Source: Spirochaetota bacterium
GTDB taxonomy: Bacteria; Spirochaetota; Leptospiria; Turneriellales; CBDBES01
DNA length: 64,000 bases
Reading direction: 5' to 3'
Assembly (NCBI GenBank): GCA_965206985.1
Contig: CBDBLF010000011.1
Span: 477,320-541,319, forward strand
Shown here piece by piece: positions 19,075 to 27,787 of the stretch. The stretch's first letter is position 1; every line of letters begins with the position of its first letter. The translations under genes were made by a program, and so were the position numbers. A model generated the notes under the pieces. The model had not been told where the DNA came from, made no database searches, and was given only the letters and a program-made list of their open reading frames with translations.

Positions 19075-19848
19075 TTATTCTTCTAGATATTTCTCCTCAT
19101 ATTTTTGAGGTGTCACCCATCCTAAAGCTGAATGTGGCTTCATCGTATTATAAAGATGGATAAACCTGAAGATACTTTTTTGAGCTTCTTCAAAGTTTTG
19201 ATATTCTGATAAATTAATTTCTTTATATTTAATTGTTTTATTCAATGATTCGGCATGAGCGTTTTCATACACATTACCACGACACATGGAAATATTGATT
19301 CTACTTTCTTCTAATAGAGCGATATACTCATTTGAGCAATATCTGACGTCAGCATCAGTATGATGGTAGTAATTTTGTAAATCTCCTATTTCTCTTTTAA
19401 GCGAAAGAAAGGCTGCTATGACCAGTTGGGTGTTATTTTTATCAGAAATGGCCGCTCCTACGATACGGCGACTCATAAGCCTCATGAGCAAAGCTAAATA
19501 GTGGTCTTTCGAATTAATATCAAAATAGGTTATATCGCCAACAATTACCTTGAAGGGATCAGCTTGCACACTTTTAATCAAATTGGGATATTTTCTGAAA
19601 TTATGCTTAGATTGGGTAGTTTTTGGCTTCAAAAACACCTTTTTAGTGCATAAAAGTCTATTTTCTTTCATAATTCGGTAAACTCGCTTCTTATTTATTG
19701 TAAAGCCTCTATCTTTTAGAATTTGCGTCATCGAGATATAACCTACTTGGTTCAATTGATCACTAATTTCATGGATAGATTTTAGAATCGTTGAATCATC
19801 TTTCTTCTCCTTCGACTTATAATAATAAGTTGACTTTTCTAGTTTCAT
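19075..19848 (-). CDS. IS3-family transposase OrfB
   Basis: 257 aa, ending YLEE versus YLKE elsewhere. Confidence 0.9.
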   Translation of the reverse strand: MKLEKSTYYYKSKEKKDDSTILKSIHEISDQLNQVGYISMTQILKDRGFTINKKRVYRIMKENRLLCTKKVFLKPKTTQSKHNFRKYPNLIKSVQADPFKVIVGDITYFDINSKDHYLALLMRLMSRRIVGAAISDKNNTQLVIAAFLSLKREIGDLQNYYHHTDADVRYCSNEYIALLEESRINISMCRGNVYENAHAESLNKTIKYKEINLSEYQNFEEAQKSIFRFIHLYNTMKPHSALGWVTPQKYEEKYLEE

Positions 19849-20219
19849 AACTCTGCAACTCCTTGTGATCCCAAATTCTGTGCTGAGGCTATTCTTGATA
19901 ATTTCTCTTTTTGCCTGTATTCTTGAAGAAGTTTTTCCGTTTTTTTTAAAATCTGATTTTCTATCATTAAGTCAGATAAGGCCGATTCTAAATAGGAAAT
20001 TTTTTTTCTCAATTCTAACTCAACCCCATTTTTATCTTCAAAGCCTTCGGAAACCAGCTGTCGCTTCCATCTCGATAAAGTTGCGACTGAAATCATCTCT
20101 CTCTTAGATATTTCTGCCGTGCTAGTCTGACCTGAAATCATCTCCAAAGCCAATCTCTCTTTTGCTTCCTTACTGTATCTTTGTCTTTTAATCATAGTTT
20201 TACCTCCTAAATTTAACAC
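19845..20219 (-). CDS. IS3-family transposase OrfA
   Basis: Identical 124 aa. The A8 tract is at 19940-19947. Confidence 0.9.
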   Translation of the reverse strand: MLNLGGKTMIKRQRYSKEAKERLALEMISGQTSTAEISKREMISVATLSRWKRQLVSEGFEDKNGVELELRKKISYLESALSDLMIENQILKKTEKLLQEYRQKEKLSRIASAQNLGSQGVAEL

Positions 20220-20312
20220 AATAAAGTGTCCAGTTTTAGGGGGTTAAACCATAGACGTTCAATATCTGGATAGGTTACAAGAGTGTAAATAATAATTAAA
20301 GGGGGAACCAAA

Positions 20313-20435
20313 ATGAAAGGTAATCCTAAAGTAATTGATGAAGAAATGAAACATGCTGATAGTTTGATCGAGCGTGTTTTATTTTTTAAGGGGCTACTTA
20401 ACTTACAAAATTTAGACCGCCTTCGTAAAAATTAA
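20313..20435 (+). pseudogene. bfr: Bacterioferritin (bfr) remnant with internal deletion and 3' truncation
   Basis: The 40-aa ORF MKGNPKVIDEEMKHADSLIERVLFFKGLLNLQNLDRLRKN joins the Bfr N-terminus (MKGD.KVI) directly to the EMKHAD..IERILFLEGLPNLQ.L block. Confidence 0.6.
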
Positions 20436-20440
20436 ACTTA

Positions 20441-20503
20441 GAAGCTGTTAATACTGTTTGTTCAGCTATAAACGAGCAAGAGACACGGCATTTATAGTTA
20501 TTT
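20441..20503 (+). pseudogene. Second short rfbB-like fragment
   Basis: NLEAVNTVCSAINEQETRHL*. Its nucleotide sequence is near-identical over ~45 nt to the reverse complement of 17148-17200. Confidence 0.55.
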
Positions 20504-20633
20504 TTTAAGAAAATTTTTATTTCCGTTTCTTTTTTCCTTTGCCTTGGCAAGCACGATTTGCCCACTTTAAAAGTACATTAGAAAAACTTCCAAAGGGGGA
20601 GGCAGGGGTTTTGGGGGAAGGAAATTGTATGAT

Positions 20634-20775
20634 GAGGCTGTGCAGGAAATATGAAATTAAAAATAATTCTACATGGCCTTATCTCATAATTTGGGAAAAA
20701 TCACGAAAAAACTAATTTTTAAAATTAACTCTACGGGTGATAAATAACCTAGCGACCACCATACCACACAGCCTC
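20634..20775. repeat. MITE-like 142-bp element with GAGGCTGTG... terminal inverted repeats (dispersed repeat, copy R1)
   Basis: The left end is GAGGCTGTGCAGGAAATATG. The right end, reverse-complemented, is GAGGCTGTGTGGTATGGTGG. Related sequence occurs at 31321-31417 and 53444-53471. Confidence 0.6.
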
Positions 20776-20828
20776 TATAGGGTTTTGACTTTTACTTCTT
20801 CAAATCGTGATGTTCAAAAATTGTTCAG

Positions 20829-21518
20829 ATGAACAAAATTAATTTCTTGACCCGATGTGAAATAGCTTGTTCTTCTGATTTAATGGATATTGAACCTTGG
20901 TTAGAAAAAATTTCACCGAACCTATACTGGTTATTTATCTTTTTTAGCTCTTTTATTGAAAATATTTTTCCTCCTTATCCAGGTGATACGGTCACCGTTT
21001 TGGGTGGATATCTGGTAAGTAGAGAAAAACTCTCACTTCTGGCAATGGCTAACTCCGTTTTTATTGGTAGCCTATTAGGAGCTTTGCTAATGTATTATTT
21101 TGGTCAAAAAGTTCTATTTTTTTTAACACACACATTCAGAATTGAATTTATTGCCAAAGAACTTGAACAAGACAAATTTATAAGAGCTCAAGAATGGTTC
21201 AAAAGAAATAGTTTTACCACAGTCGTATTTTCTCGGTTTTCTGCTGGAATTCGTTTTTTTGTTTCTATTATAGCCAGAATCACTCAGATGAATGTATTTA
21301 TTTTTATGTTTGCATTTAGTTTGGCCACAATTATATGGAACACATTGCTCATCTGGGGGGGCTATTCTTTAGGAGACAACTGGTTACAGGTTCTTGAATA
21401 TTTGAAGATATATAATAGAGTTGTTATTACCATCATCGTTCTTGGGGTATTATTCTTCCTCGGGTACAAGTACAAAATCCACAGGAAGAAAAAAAAGGGA
21501 CATCGCACCTCAAAATAA
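20829..21518 (+). CDS. DedA-family (SNARE-associated/VTT domain) membrane protein
   Basis: FIENIFPPYPGDTVTVLGGYL motif, four or more TM segments, basic C-terminal tail. Confidence 0.75.
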   Translation: MNKINFLTRCEIACSSDLMDIEPWLEKISPNLYWLFIFFSSFIENIFPPYPGDTVTVLGGYLVSREKLSLLAMANSVFIGSLLGALLMYYFGQKVLFFLTHTFRIEFIAKELEQDKFIRAQEWFKRNSFTTVVFSRFSAGIRFFVSIIARITQMNVFIFMFAFSLATIIWNTLLIWGGYSLGDNWLQVLEYLKIYNRVVITIIVLGVLFFLGYKYKIHRKKKKGHRTSK

Positions 21519-21614
21519 TATAGAGCACTTCAATATAGCTCCGAAGTAATCACTCAAAAAGTGGGTAAGTCGTAGGAGGCTTGTTATGAAAATGAATAAA
21601 TGAATAAATGAATA

Positions 21615-21948
21615 ATGAAAAATTGCTTGACAATGGTTCTTATTTTTTCTTTTCTGTTCTCAGGTTACTTTTGCCCAGCGGGACACTGACGAAAGTGCTG
21701 ACAAGGAGGAAGAAGGGAGCCAAAAAGCTAGCTATTTGGATATTTTTCACGCGAAACAAAATTCTACAAAACTGTGGCGTGTGAACAAAACAAGAATTTT
21801 TTCTTTGAAGGTAGCTGTGCAAAACTTTGGTTCTGCTGAAGGTCGTGGTGCTTTTGAGAATATTCTTGAAGATTTTAAAAGTGCTGCTGAAAATCTCTAC
21901 AAAGATCAGGGTTGGAAAAATTGGGGAGATTGGCTGGGAAGGGTATAA
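21615..21948 (+). pseudogene. Small secreted protein gene, apparently split by a 1-nt frameshift
   Basis: The signal-peptide ORF MKNCLTMVLIFSFLFSGYF... stops at 21687-21689. The +1 frame continues ...FAQRDTDESADKEEEG... to TAA at 21946-21948. That stop overlaps the SDR ATG (TAATG). Confidence 0.45.
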
Positions 21949-22769
21949 TGGTATTCCATAAAAAAAATATTGTGATTACAGGGGCTTCTCGGGGCATTGG
22001 TCGAGCCATTGCTTTGGATCTTGCACAGAGGGGGGCTCACTTGATTTTAATCGCCCGTAAAGAGAAACCTCTAAAAAAACTGACGGATGATATTTGTCAA
22101 ATAGACTCATCGCTAAATCCGGAAACTTTTATGGCAGACGTTTCTTCATGGAAAGAGGTTCAAGTTTTGTTTTCAAAGATTACGAAATCAAATAGAAACT
22201 TGGACGGGCTAATTAATAATGTTGGGCTCAGCGAGCCCGGTTACTTTCATGAGATACCAATGAATAAATTTGAAACAGGGATGCAGGTCAACTATATGAG
22301 TGCAGTCTATTGCTGTCGATCTATTTTGCCACACCTAAACAAGGGAGGCTTCATCGGATTTACCTCCTCTGTTGCAGGCTTTATGGGAGTTTTTGGATAC
22401 TCCACTTATTCAGGACCAAAGTTTGCCTTGATAGGTCTTGCTGAAACTCTCCAGCAAGAGTTAGCCCATCAAAAAATTAGTATTTCTGTTCTATGTCCAC
22501 CTGATACTGAAACTCCTGGTCTTACCAGAGAAAATAAAACAAGACCCTATGAAACTAAAAAGTTATCAAAAAGAGCAAAATTGATGAGTGCAGAGAAAGT
22601 GGCAAAGAAATTTGTCAAAAAACTTTCCCGAGGTAAATTCTTGATTACTTGTAATTTTGAATCAACATTGTTTTTCCGATTGCATTGCCTATTCCCTTCT
22701 CTGGTCAGAAAAGTCATGATCTTAATGATTTGCTCTTTTCAGAAAAAAAAAGATCTCATGAATAAATAG
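21948..22769 (+). CDS. Short-chain dehydrogenase resembling 3-ketodihydrosphingosine reductase (KDSR/FVT1 family)
   Basis: VITGASRGIGRAIA, YSGPKFAL, then CPPDTETPGLTRENKTRPYETKKLS...AEKVAKKFVKKLSRGKF. These match KDSR blocks ([24 protein letters not shown]...PEQVAKQIVKDAIQGNF, from memory). Start taken at ATG 21948. Confidence 0.65.
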   Translation: MVFHKKNIVITGASRGIGRAIALDLAQRGAHLILIARKEKPLKKLTDDICQIDSSLNPETFMADVSSWKEVQVLFSKITKSNRNLDGLINNVGLSEPGYFHEIPMNKFETGMQVNYMSAVYCCRSILPHLNKGGFIGFTSSVAGFMGVFGYSTYSGPKFALIGLAETLQQELAHQKISISVLCPPDTETPGLTRENKTRPYETKKLSKRAKLMSAEKVAKKFVKKLSRGKFLITCNFESTLFFRLHCLFPSLVRKVMILMICSFQKKKDLMNK

Positions 22770-22840
22770 GCATACTATTTATTTCATGGCCAGATGGCAC
22801 AACCTCTATATGTTTACCGTCTAGAGCACGACTGGCGAAT

Positions 22841-23998
22841 TTATTTCATAACCAAACGGCGCAATATCTGTATGCACTCATCAATTTGATCTTCCGTGTT
22901 CATTATGTGAGTAGAGAAACGTACTCCATCATCTCTTAATGCTGTGATGATTTTTTTCTGCTCTAAATGTTGATTTATTTGGGTACTATTTATGTTTGAA
23001 TGTCTTGCGACAATAATGCCTGTTAGGTTATTCTGTTTTGTTTTGTGTGCCCATATTTGAAAATCTAATTCAGTGAGCCTTTTTCTAAGTAGACTCGCTA
23101 GAGAATGAATGCGTTTCTGAACCATATCAAATCCAATCGTATCTAAAAACCTGAGAGCAGAGCAGAAATAAACCCAATCTAAATAGCTCGTTGATGAGTA
23201 ACAGAATCGATCTGCCCCTCGTTTCCACTCATTTTTATAGGGCAGGTAATTTTCGGAGTCAACAACAGAATCGGTTCCCCAAAAAATGGGCTCAACTTGA
23301 TCAATAAAATCTTTGGAAATATAAAGATAGCCAAGACCGAGTGGTCCAAGAAGCCATTTCCAAGCAGACCCACATAAGAAAGAAATATTATACTCTTTTG
23401 GGTGAAGTGGAATATGACCCAAACCTTGTGCAGCATCTACAACGAAAATAATATTATTCTGTTTACACAACATGCCAATTTCTTTCAAGGGGAGGCGGAT
23501 TCCTGTGAGCCAGTGTACAGCACTGATGCTGATAATTTTAGTTTGTTTTTTTATTTTTTTTTTGAGTAGACTTAAAAAATCTGCCTCATTTTCAAGTGCT
23601 TGGACGAATGTAATTTTTACCTTTTGGCTCTCAAGGGAAAGCCACGGATATACGTTACTTGGGTACTCCTTGCTTAAAAGAATGATTTCATCTCCTTGGG
23701 TTAGGGCAATCCCATGAGCTGCAAAGTTCATACCTTCGGCCGTATTGTGAATAGGAGTTACTTCGTCAGGGCTACAGTTTAAAAGTTTTGATAGATATTT
23801 TTTGATTTGACTTTTTATGTCGTGGTAAGCATATTCAGAAGCAAAATAAACAGCTTCAGAATATTGGTCCAAGGCCGCATGAACATCATTTAAAAAAGAA
23901 TCATGAGGAGCAGAAACTCCAGCACTATTGAGCCAAATATAGTTTTTGTTTATAGAAAATCCTTTGGAGATTATTTTCCAATTTATCTGATCAGACAT
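22841..23998 (-). CDS. Class V PLP-dependent aminotransferase / cysteine-desulfurase-like enzyme
   Basis: 385 aa. VVDAAQGLGH and GSAWKWLLGPLGLGYLY (PLP-lysine region). Overlaps kdsB by 8 nt. Confidence 0.7.
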   Translation of the reverse strand: MSDQINWKIISKGFSINKNYIWLNSAGVSAPHDSFLNDVHAALDQYSEAVYFASEYAYHDIKSQIKKYLSKLLNCSPDEVTPIHNTAEGMNFAAHGIALTQGDEIILLSKEYPSNVYPWLSLESQKVKITFVQALENEADFLSLLKKKIKKQTKIISISAVHWLTGIRLPLKEIGMLCKQNNIIFVVDAAQGLGHIPLHPKEYNISFLCGSAWKWLLGPLGLGYLYISKDFIDQVEPIFWGTDSVVDSENYLPYKNEWKRGADRFCYSSTSYLDWVYFCSALRFLDTIGFDMVQKRIHSLASLLRKRLTELDFQIWAHKTKQNNLTGIIVARHSNINSTQINQHLEQKKIITALRDDGVRFSTHIMNTEDQIDECIQILRRLVMK

Positions 23999-24743
23999 TT
24001 TTTCTTTTAAGAATATTTTCTACTTTCTTGATGTCTTCAGGGTGATCTACTCCAATAGATTCATAAGAAGTTTTATGAATATAAAGATTCATTCCAAAAT
24101 GTAAAATCCTGAGTTGCTCTAGGATCTCTGTTTTTTCCATAGGCGCTGGATTTAACTTTATAATCTTATCCAAGGCTTCTTTTGTGTAGGCATAGAGTCC
24201 TTGGTGTTTGAGTGCGTCTTTAGGCACAACATTTTTATTGTTTGGATATGGAATTGGACTACGAGAAAAATATAATGCCAAACTCTGAGCATTTACGACT
24301 ACCTTTACATAATTAGGGTTTAAAAAATCTTGATAGTTATCAAAGCGAGTAGCACTACTCGCTACCATATAGTGTGGATTTTTTTTGAGTGCTTTAATAA
24401 CTTCCTTAATTGTTTCTGCCCGTATCAATGGTTCATCTCCCTGTATATTAACATATAAATCAAACGATCCCAGCTGGCTTTTCACTTCTATGAGTCTATC
24501 CAGACCTGTTTTATGACTTGAGCGAGTCATATATACTCCTGCCTGAAACTTCTTAGCTTTTTTTTCAATCTCAGCAGAGTCTGTGGCAATGATAACTTGA
24601 TCAAGCTCCTCACACTTTAGAGCAGATTCATAAACATACTGGATCATTGGTTTTCCCATAATACTGGCAATCGGTTTCCCGGGGAAACGCTTTGAAGCCA
24701 TTCTGACAGGTATTATCCCTAAAACTCTCAGGGAAGGCGACAC
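23991..24743 (-). CDS. kdsB: 3-deoxy-manno-octulosonate cytidylyltransferase (CMP-Kdo synthetase)
   Basis: IIPVRMASKRFPGKP..GKPMI...VIIATD...NIQGDEPLI. GTG start at 24743. Confidence 0.85.
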   Translation of the reverse strand: MSPSLRVLGIIPVRMASKRFPGKPIASIMGKPMIQYVYESALKCEELDQVIIATDSAEIEKKAKKFQAGVYMTRSSHKTGLDRLIEVKSQLGSFDLYVNIQGDEPLIRAETIKEVIKALKKNPHYMVASSATRFDNYQDFLNPNYVKVVVNAQSLALYFSRSPIPYPNNKNVVPKDALKHQGLYAYTKEALDKIIKLNPAPMEKTEILEQLRILHFGMNLYIHKTSYESIGVDHPEDIKKVENILKRKNV

Positions 24744-24745
24744 AA

Positions 24746-26662
24746 CTAAATTTCTGAAGTTGAGAGGCTATCTTGAGTAGGAATATCTGAATCTGTTTCA
24801 ATATCTTTAGAAGGAGGCTCATTCGCGAAAGGTTGAGCCTTGGTATTTCCCAACAATCGTTTTACTTCCATTTCATTCAGATTTCCAACGCCCCTTAGGT
24901 TTCCACTTTCTATTTGATATTTGAGTGCTAGAGAATAGCAATATGCCTCGGTGATGGCCTCTTTTATTTTTCGACCAGAGAGTTTCTTCTTCCTGTCAAG
25001 TTCACCACCAAGTGACAAGACATCCTCCATATTTAAGACGATATTTTTCCCTTCTTTCATGCTAGCAATCAGGGTAGCTAAGTTTGAAACTATTTTTTGT
25101 AGAGAAGAGAGAATTGCTCTTTTAAGGACACTTGTTTGAGAGTTAATTTTTGATTGTAGTACTGTCTCTCTCTTTGATTGCTCAATATAACTCCCTTGGG
25201 GGTCACTTTTCAGATCTTTTAGCTCTTTAACCATACTAGAATATTCCTCAAAGGTTTGATCAATATTTCGGCTAGAAGTGATGAGCTCTGGCAATATTCT
25301 GGAATAATCTTTCTTGACACCGTAAGAAGTGTCGATGTTATAATGAACTTGTTTTGTTATTAAGACAGGAGAGTACTCAAAATCAAACTCCTTGAAATAC
25401 ATAGCGGACAAGAAGCCTTTATCAAGGTCTTCTAGAGAGGAATGGTAATGTTTGGAATCATGTTTCTCTCTCATTTTCTTGGGCCCCAGTTTACTCATGA
25501 GGAGCTTTCCATATTGATATTCTTTTGTTTCTGTGATCGGATCATTGTCATCTTCCTCTTCCTCCTTACTTGTATCTGACCCATCAGAGTTTTCTTCTGG
25601 TTCATTTGGTTGATTTATAAACACCATTGCTTTACAGGCTTCTCCAATAACTCTATTTCCTAGCGAAGCTTCAGGGTCAAAACCAATATAATTTTGAAAA
25701 GCCTTGGATGTGGGCTCGAAAATAGCTTTCGCATCACAACAAATAATTAAAAAATAATTTTTCATGGCAATCTTCAAAACATGATTAATAATTTTAATCA
25801 TTTCTTTCACTTTTTCTTTAAAAGCGTCTTTCTCCTCTGGAAATTCTTGAGTATATGCTTGATACAATCGATTCACAATTGTTGGTGTGGTTGAAATCCA
25901 TGGAGACAGATAGTATAATTTCAAATAAAAGTCTTTGATGGGTTCAATAACTTTCGTAATACTGATGTCCCCATCAGAACTGCTTTGTAAAGCCTCGTCA
26001 ATTTTATTAAAATAAGAAAAATTATAAAGAGAGTGAAGGTGATCAAGTATTTCCAGAAAAATAGGATTTTCCTCATCCAATTTTTCGATTATTTTCTGGA
26101 TTCCTTGTTGATTATCATCTATAAAATGATGACCAGTAAAAAAATAACTTAGGTTCCCGTGCAAGAGTAGTAATGCTGATTGTAATTCTTCTACAATAAA
26201 CTTTGCAAAGTTTTCCTTGATCTTATTCCCTGTGAAGCTTGTAGTTCCGGATAACGAAGCTTTTATTCGGAAAAAAAGTAAATCTAAAAAACCTTTTTTA
26301 GGCTTTTGGTACCACTTGTCTTGGCTTTTCTTGGATTTTTTTCGTGACTTTCCAGAAGCGACACCACGATGAGATGTTTTTTGCGATCTACTCGGGATAT
26401 CCCTAAAACGATCATCAGAAGCAATAGCCCTGGACTTTCGGAAAGAAGAGGTTTTTTCCTTACCAAAAGTCTTTTCTTTGAGAATTTCACCACCACTATT
26501 TTTGAATTTCTCGAGCATTGTCGCTCGCTCATCAGCAGAAATGTTATCCATCCCGATAGCATCCCGAGTTTTATCAAATTCGTATTTACCAGACATCGCT
26601 AAGCTTAAAGAAAGAAGGAAGCATATTCCTGTCCCAACGCATGAACCGACAAACTCTCCCAA
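24746..26662 (-). CDS. Hypothetical protein (638 aa; basic S/K-rich region and an acidic EEEEDD patch)
   Basis: Long ORF with no family recognised. Its stop is 2 nt from the kdsB start. The true start may be the internal Met near 26596. Confidence 0.5.
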   Translation of the reverse strand: MGEFVGSCVGTGICFLLSLSLAMSGKYEFDKTRDAIGMDNISADERATMLEKFKNSGGEILKEKTFGKEKTSSFRKSRAIASDDRFRDIPSRSQKTSHRGVASGKSRKKSKKSQDKWYQKPKKGFLDLLFFRIKASLSGTTSFTGNKIKENFAKFIVEELQSALLLLHGNLSYFFTGHHFIDDNQQGIQKIIEKLDEENPIFLEILDHLHSLYNFSYFNKIDEALQSSSDGDISITKVIEPIKDFYLKLYYLSPWISTTPTIVNRLYQAYTQEFPEEKDAFKEKVKEMIKIINHVLKIAMKNYFLIICCDAKAIFEPTSKAFQNYIGFDPEASLGNRVIGEACKAMVFINQPNEPEENSDGSDTSKEEEEDDNDPITETKEYQYGKLLMSKLGPKKMREKHDSKHYHSSLEDLDKGFLSAMYFKEFDFEYSPVLITKQVHYNIDTSYGVKKDYSRILPELITSSRNIDQTFEEYSSMVKELKDLKSDPQGSYIEQSKRETVLQSKINSQTSVLKRAILSSLQKIVSNLATLIASMKEGKNIVLNMEDVLSLGGELDRKKKLSGRKIKEAITEAYCYSLALKYQIESGNLRGVGNLNEMEVKRLLGNTKAQPFANEPPSKDIETDSDIPTQDSLSTSEI

Positions 26663-26733
26663 AATAGGTCATTGTTAATCTCAGCCAACCAAAAAAAGTA
26701 CAGACAGGTAGCAAGATCAATTAAAATTCATAA

Positions 26734-26928
26734 TCAGGAACCTTTTTTTATCAAGGTACGCATAGCTCTGGTGGAAATGTTCATTCTTACCCATTTACCC
26801 TCTTCAGGAAGAAAGACCTTCTTTCTATGCACATTCGCCTTAAACTTTCGGCGAGTCTTTACGTGAGAATGACTCACGTTGTTTCCTGTTCTTGTTCCTT
26901 TTTGTGTTAATTGACACTTTCTCGGCAC
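26734..26928 (-). CDS. rpmB: 50S ribosomal protein L28
   Basis: (V/M)PRKCQLTQKGTRTGNNVSHSHVKTRRKFKANV... matches the L28 N-terminus. GTG at 26928 is chosen instead of the upstream track start. Confidence 0.8.
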   Translation of the reverse strand: MPRKCQLTQKGTRTGNNVSHSHVKTRRKFKANVHRKKVFLPEEGKWVRMNISTRAMRTLIKKGS

Positions 26929-27787
26929 AGTAACCAAACCCGTGATGATTAACGAGCACACTGTCAATCAATTAAATTAAATCATTTACTAAATTCAACC
27001 TTTTTATGGCAATTATGCTATCTTGCGCTTATATAGCTTGACATAAAATATGTGACATACCATCTCTATTATACTAAATACAGATTAAGGGGGTGATGCC
27101 AAAGGATTGAACTGGGCGAAGAAAATATACTAAATAAAGGGTTGCAATGGAAATTATAATGCTAAGTTGGCTCAAGAGTTTACAGAGATCAGGAGAAAGT
27201 GGTGAACACTCGGATTTCAAAATAAAAGAAATTTCCCAACAATAAACAAATGTACATTTTTCATGAAACAATTTATAATATCATCTTTCGCTTCAAAAAT
27301 ATAAAAACTTTTGAGAAATTGGAAAATTTATACACATTTTTGCCCAAAAAGAATAAAAAAAGCATATCAGATGGCATTTGAACCCATATAGAGCTTGTCG
27401 GTGGTATTGGAGATCAATCCATCGAATGTCTAAGCGTTTAAAGGGAAGTTTTGAAGTTGATGTTTGCTAAGGTTAATGATATAAGGGCTATGATTTATGA
27501 TCGAGGTTCAGAGAATACGAAGAGTGCTCAATACCAGAGTATATGCTTGCGATTCAGACCCGTTGGCGAAAGGATTTAGTGGAGGGAACGATAAAACGAT
27601 TGAGAGGAGATTTTCCTAATCATTATAAATTTAAAGAATTGAACATTAAAATTGTATACAGAGTAATATGCACTGCTGAATACAATGTACAGGGTTTCTA
27701 GGTCTTTTTGCTTTTATGTGCGATCTCTTCCCCAGACCCAACTCACTAAAAAAGTTATAGATTATTTGTAGACAAGATCACTATAAC

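Larger units (their letters stand above)
19024..20251 (-). mobile_element. IS3-family insertion sequence, copy 5 (complete, 1,228 bp)
   Basis: The 3-bp direct repeat TAG is at 19021-19023 and 20252-20254. There is one K-to-E change at the orfB penultimate codon. Confidence 0.92.

Noticed and set aside
20590-20625. G-rich boxes (AGGGGGAGGCAGGGGTTTTGGGGGAAGG; similar ones at 60505-60525 and 44587-44600) considered as G-quadruplex motifs or a shared regulatory box.
   Set aside because: Fewer than four G-tracts of 3 or more are present in a suitable arrangement, and the three sites align poorly with one another.
21592-21615. Short tandem repeat considered as a possible CRISPR or minisatellite.
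   Set aside because: There are only three 8-nt units with no spacers. It is treated instead as a translational leader oddity.
27360-27700. Possible toxin-antitoxin remnant: a 52-codon ORF ending ...LRGDFPNHYKFKELNIKIVYRVICTAEYNVQGF, reminiscent of RelE/ParE-type toxins.
   Set aside because: The resemblance rests on a single short ...(I/V)VYRV... pattern. There is no partner antitoxin ORF, no RBS and no conserved catalytic residues that I can verify.
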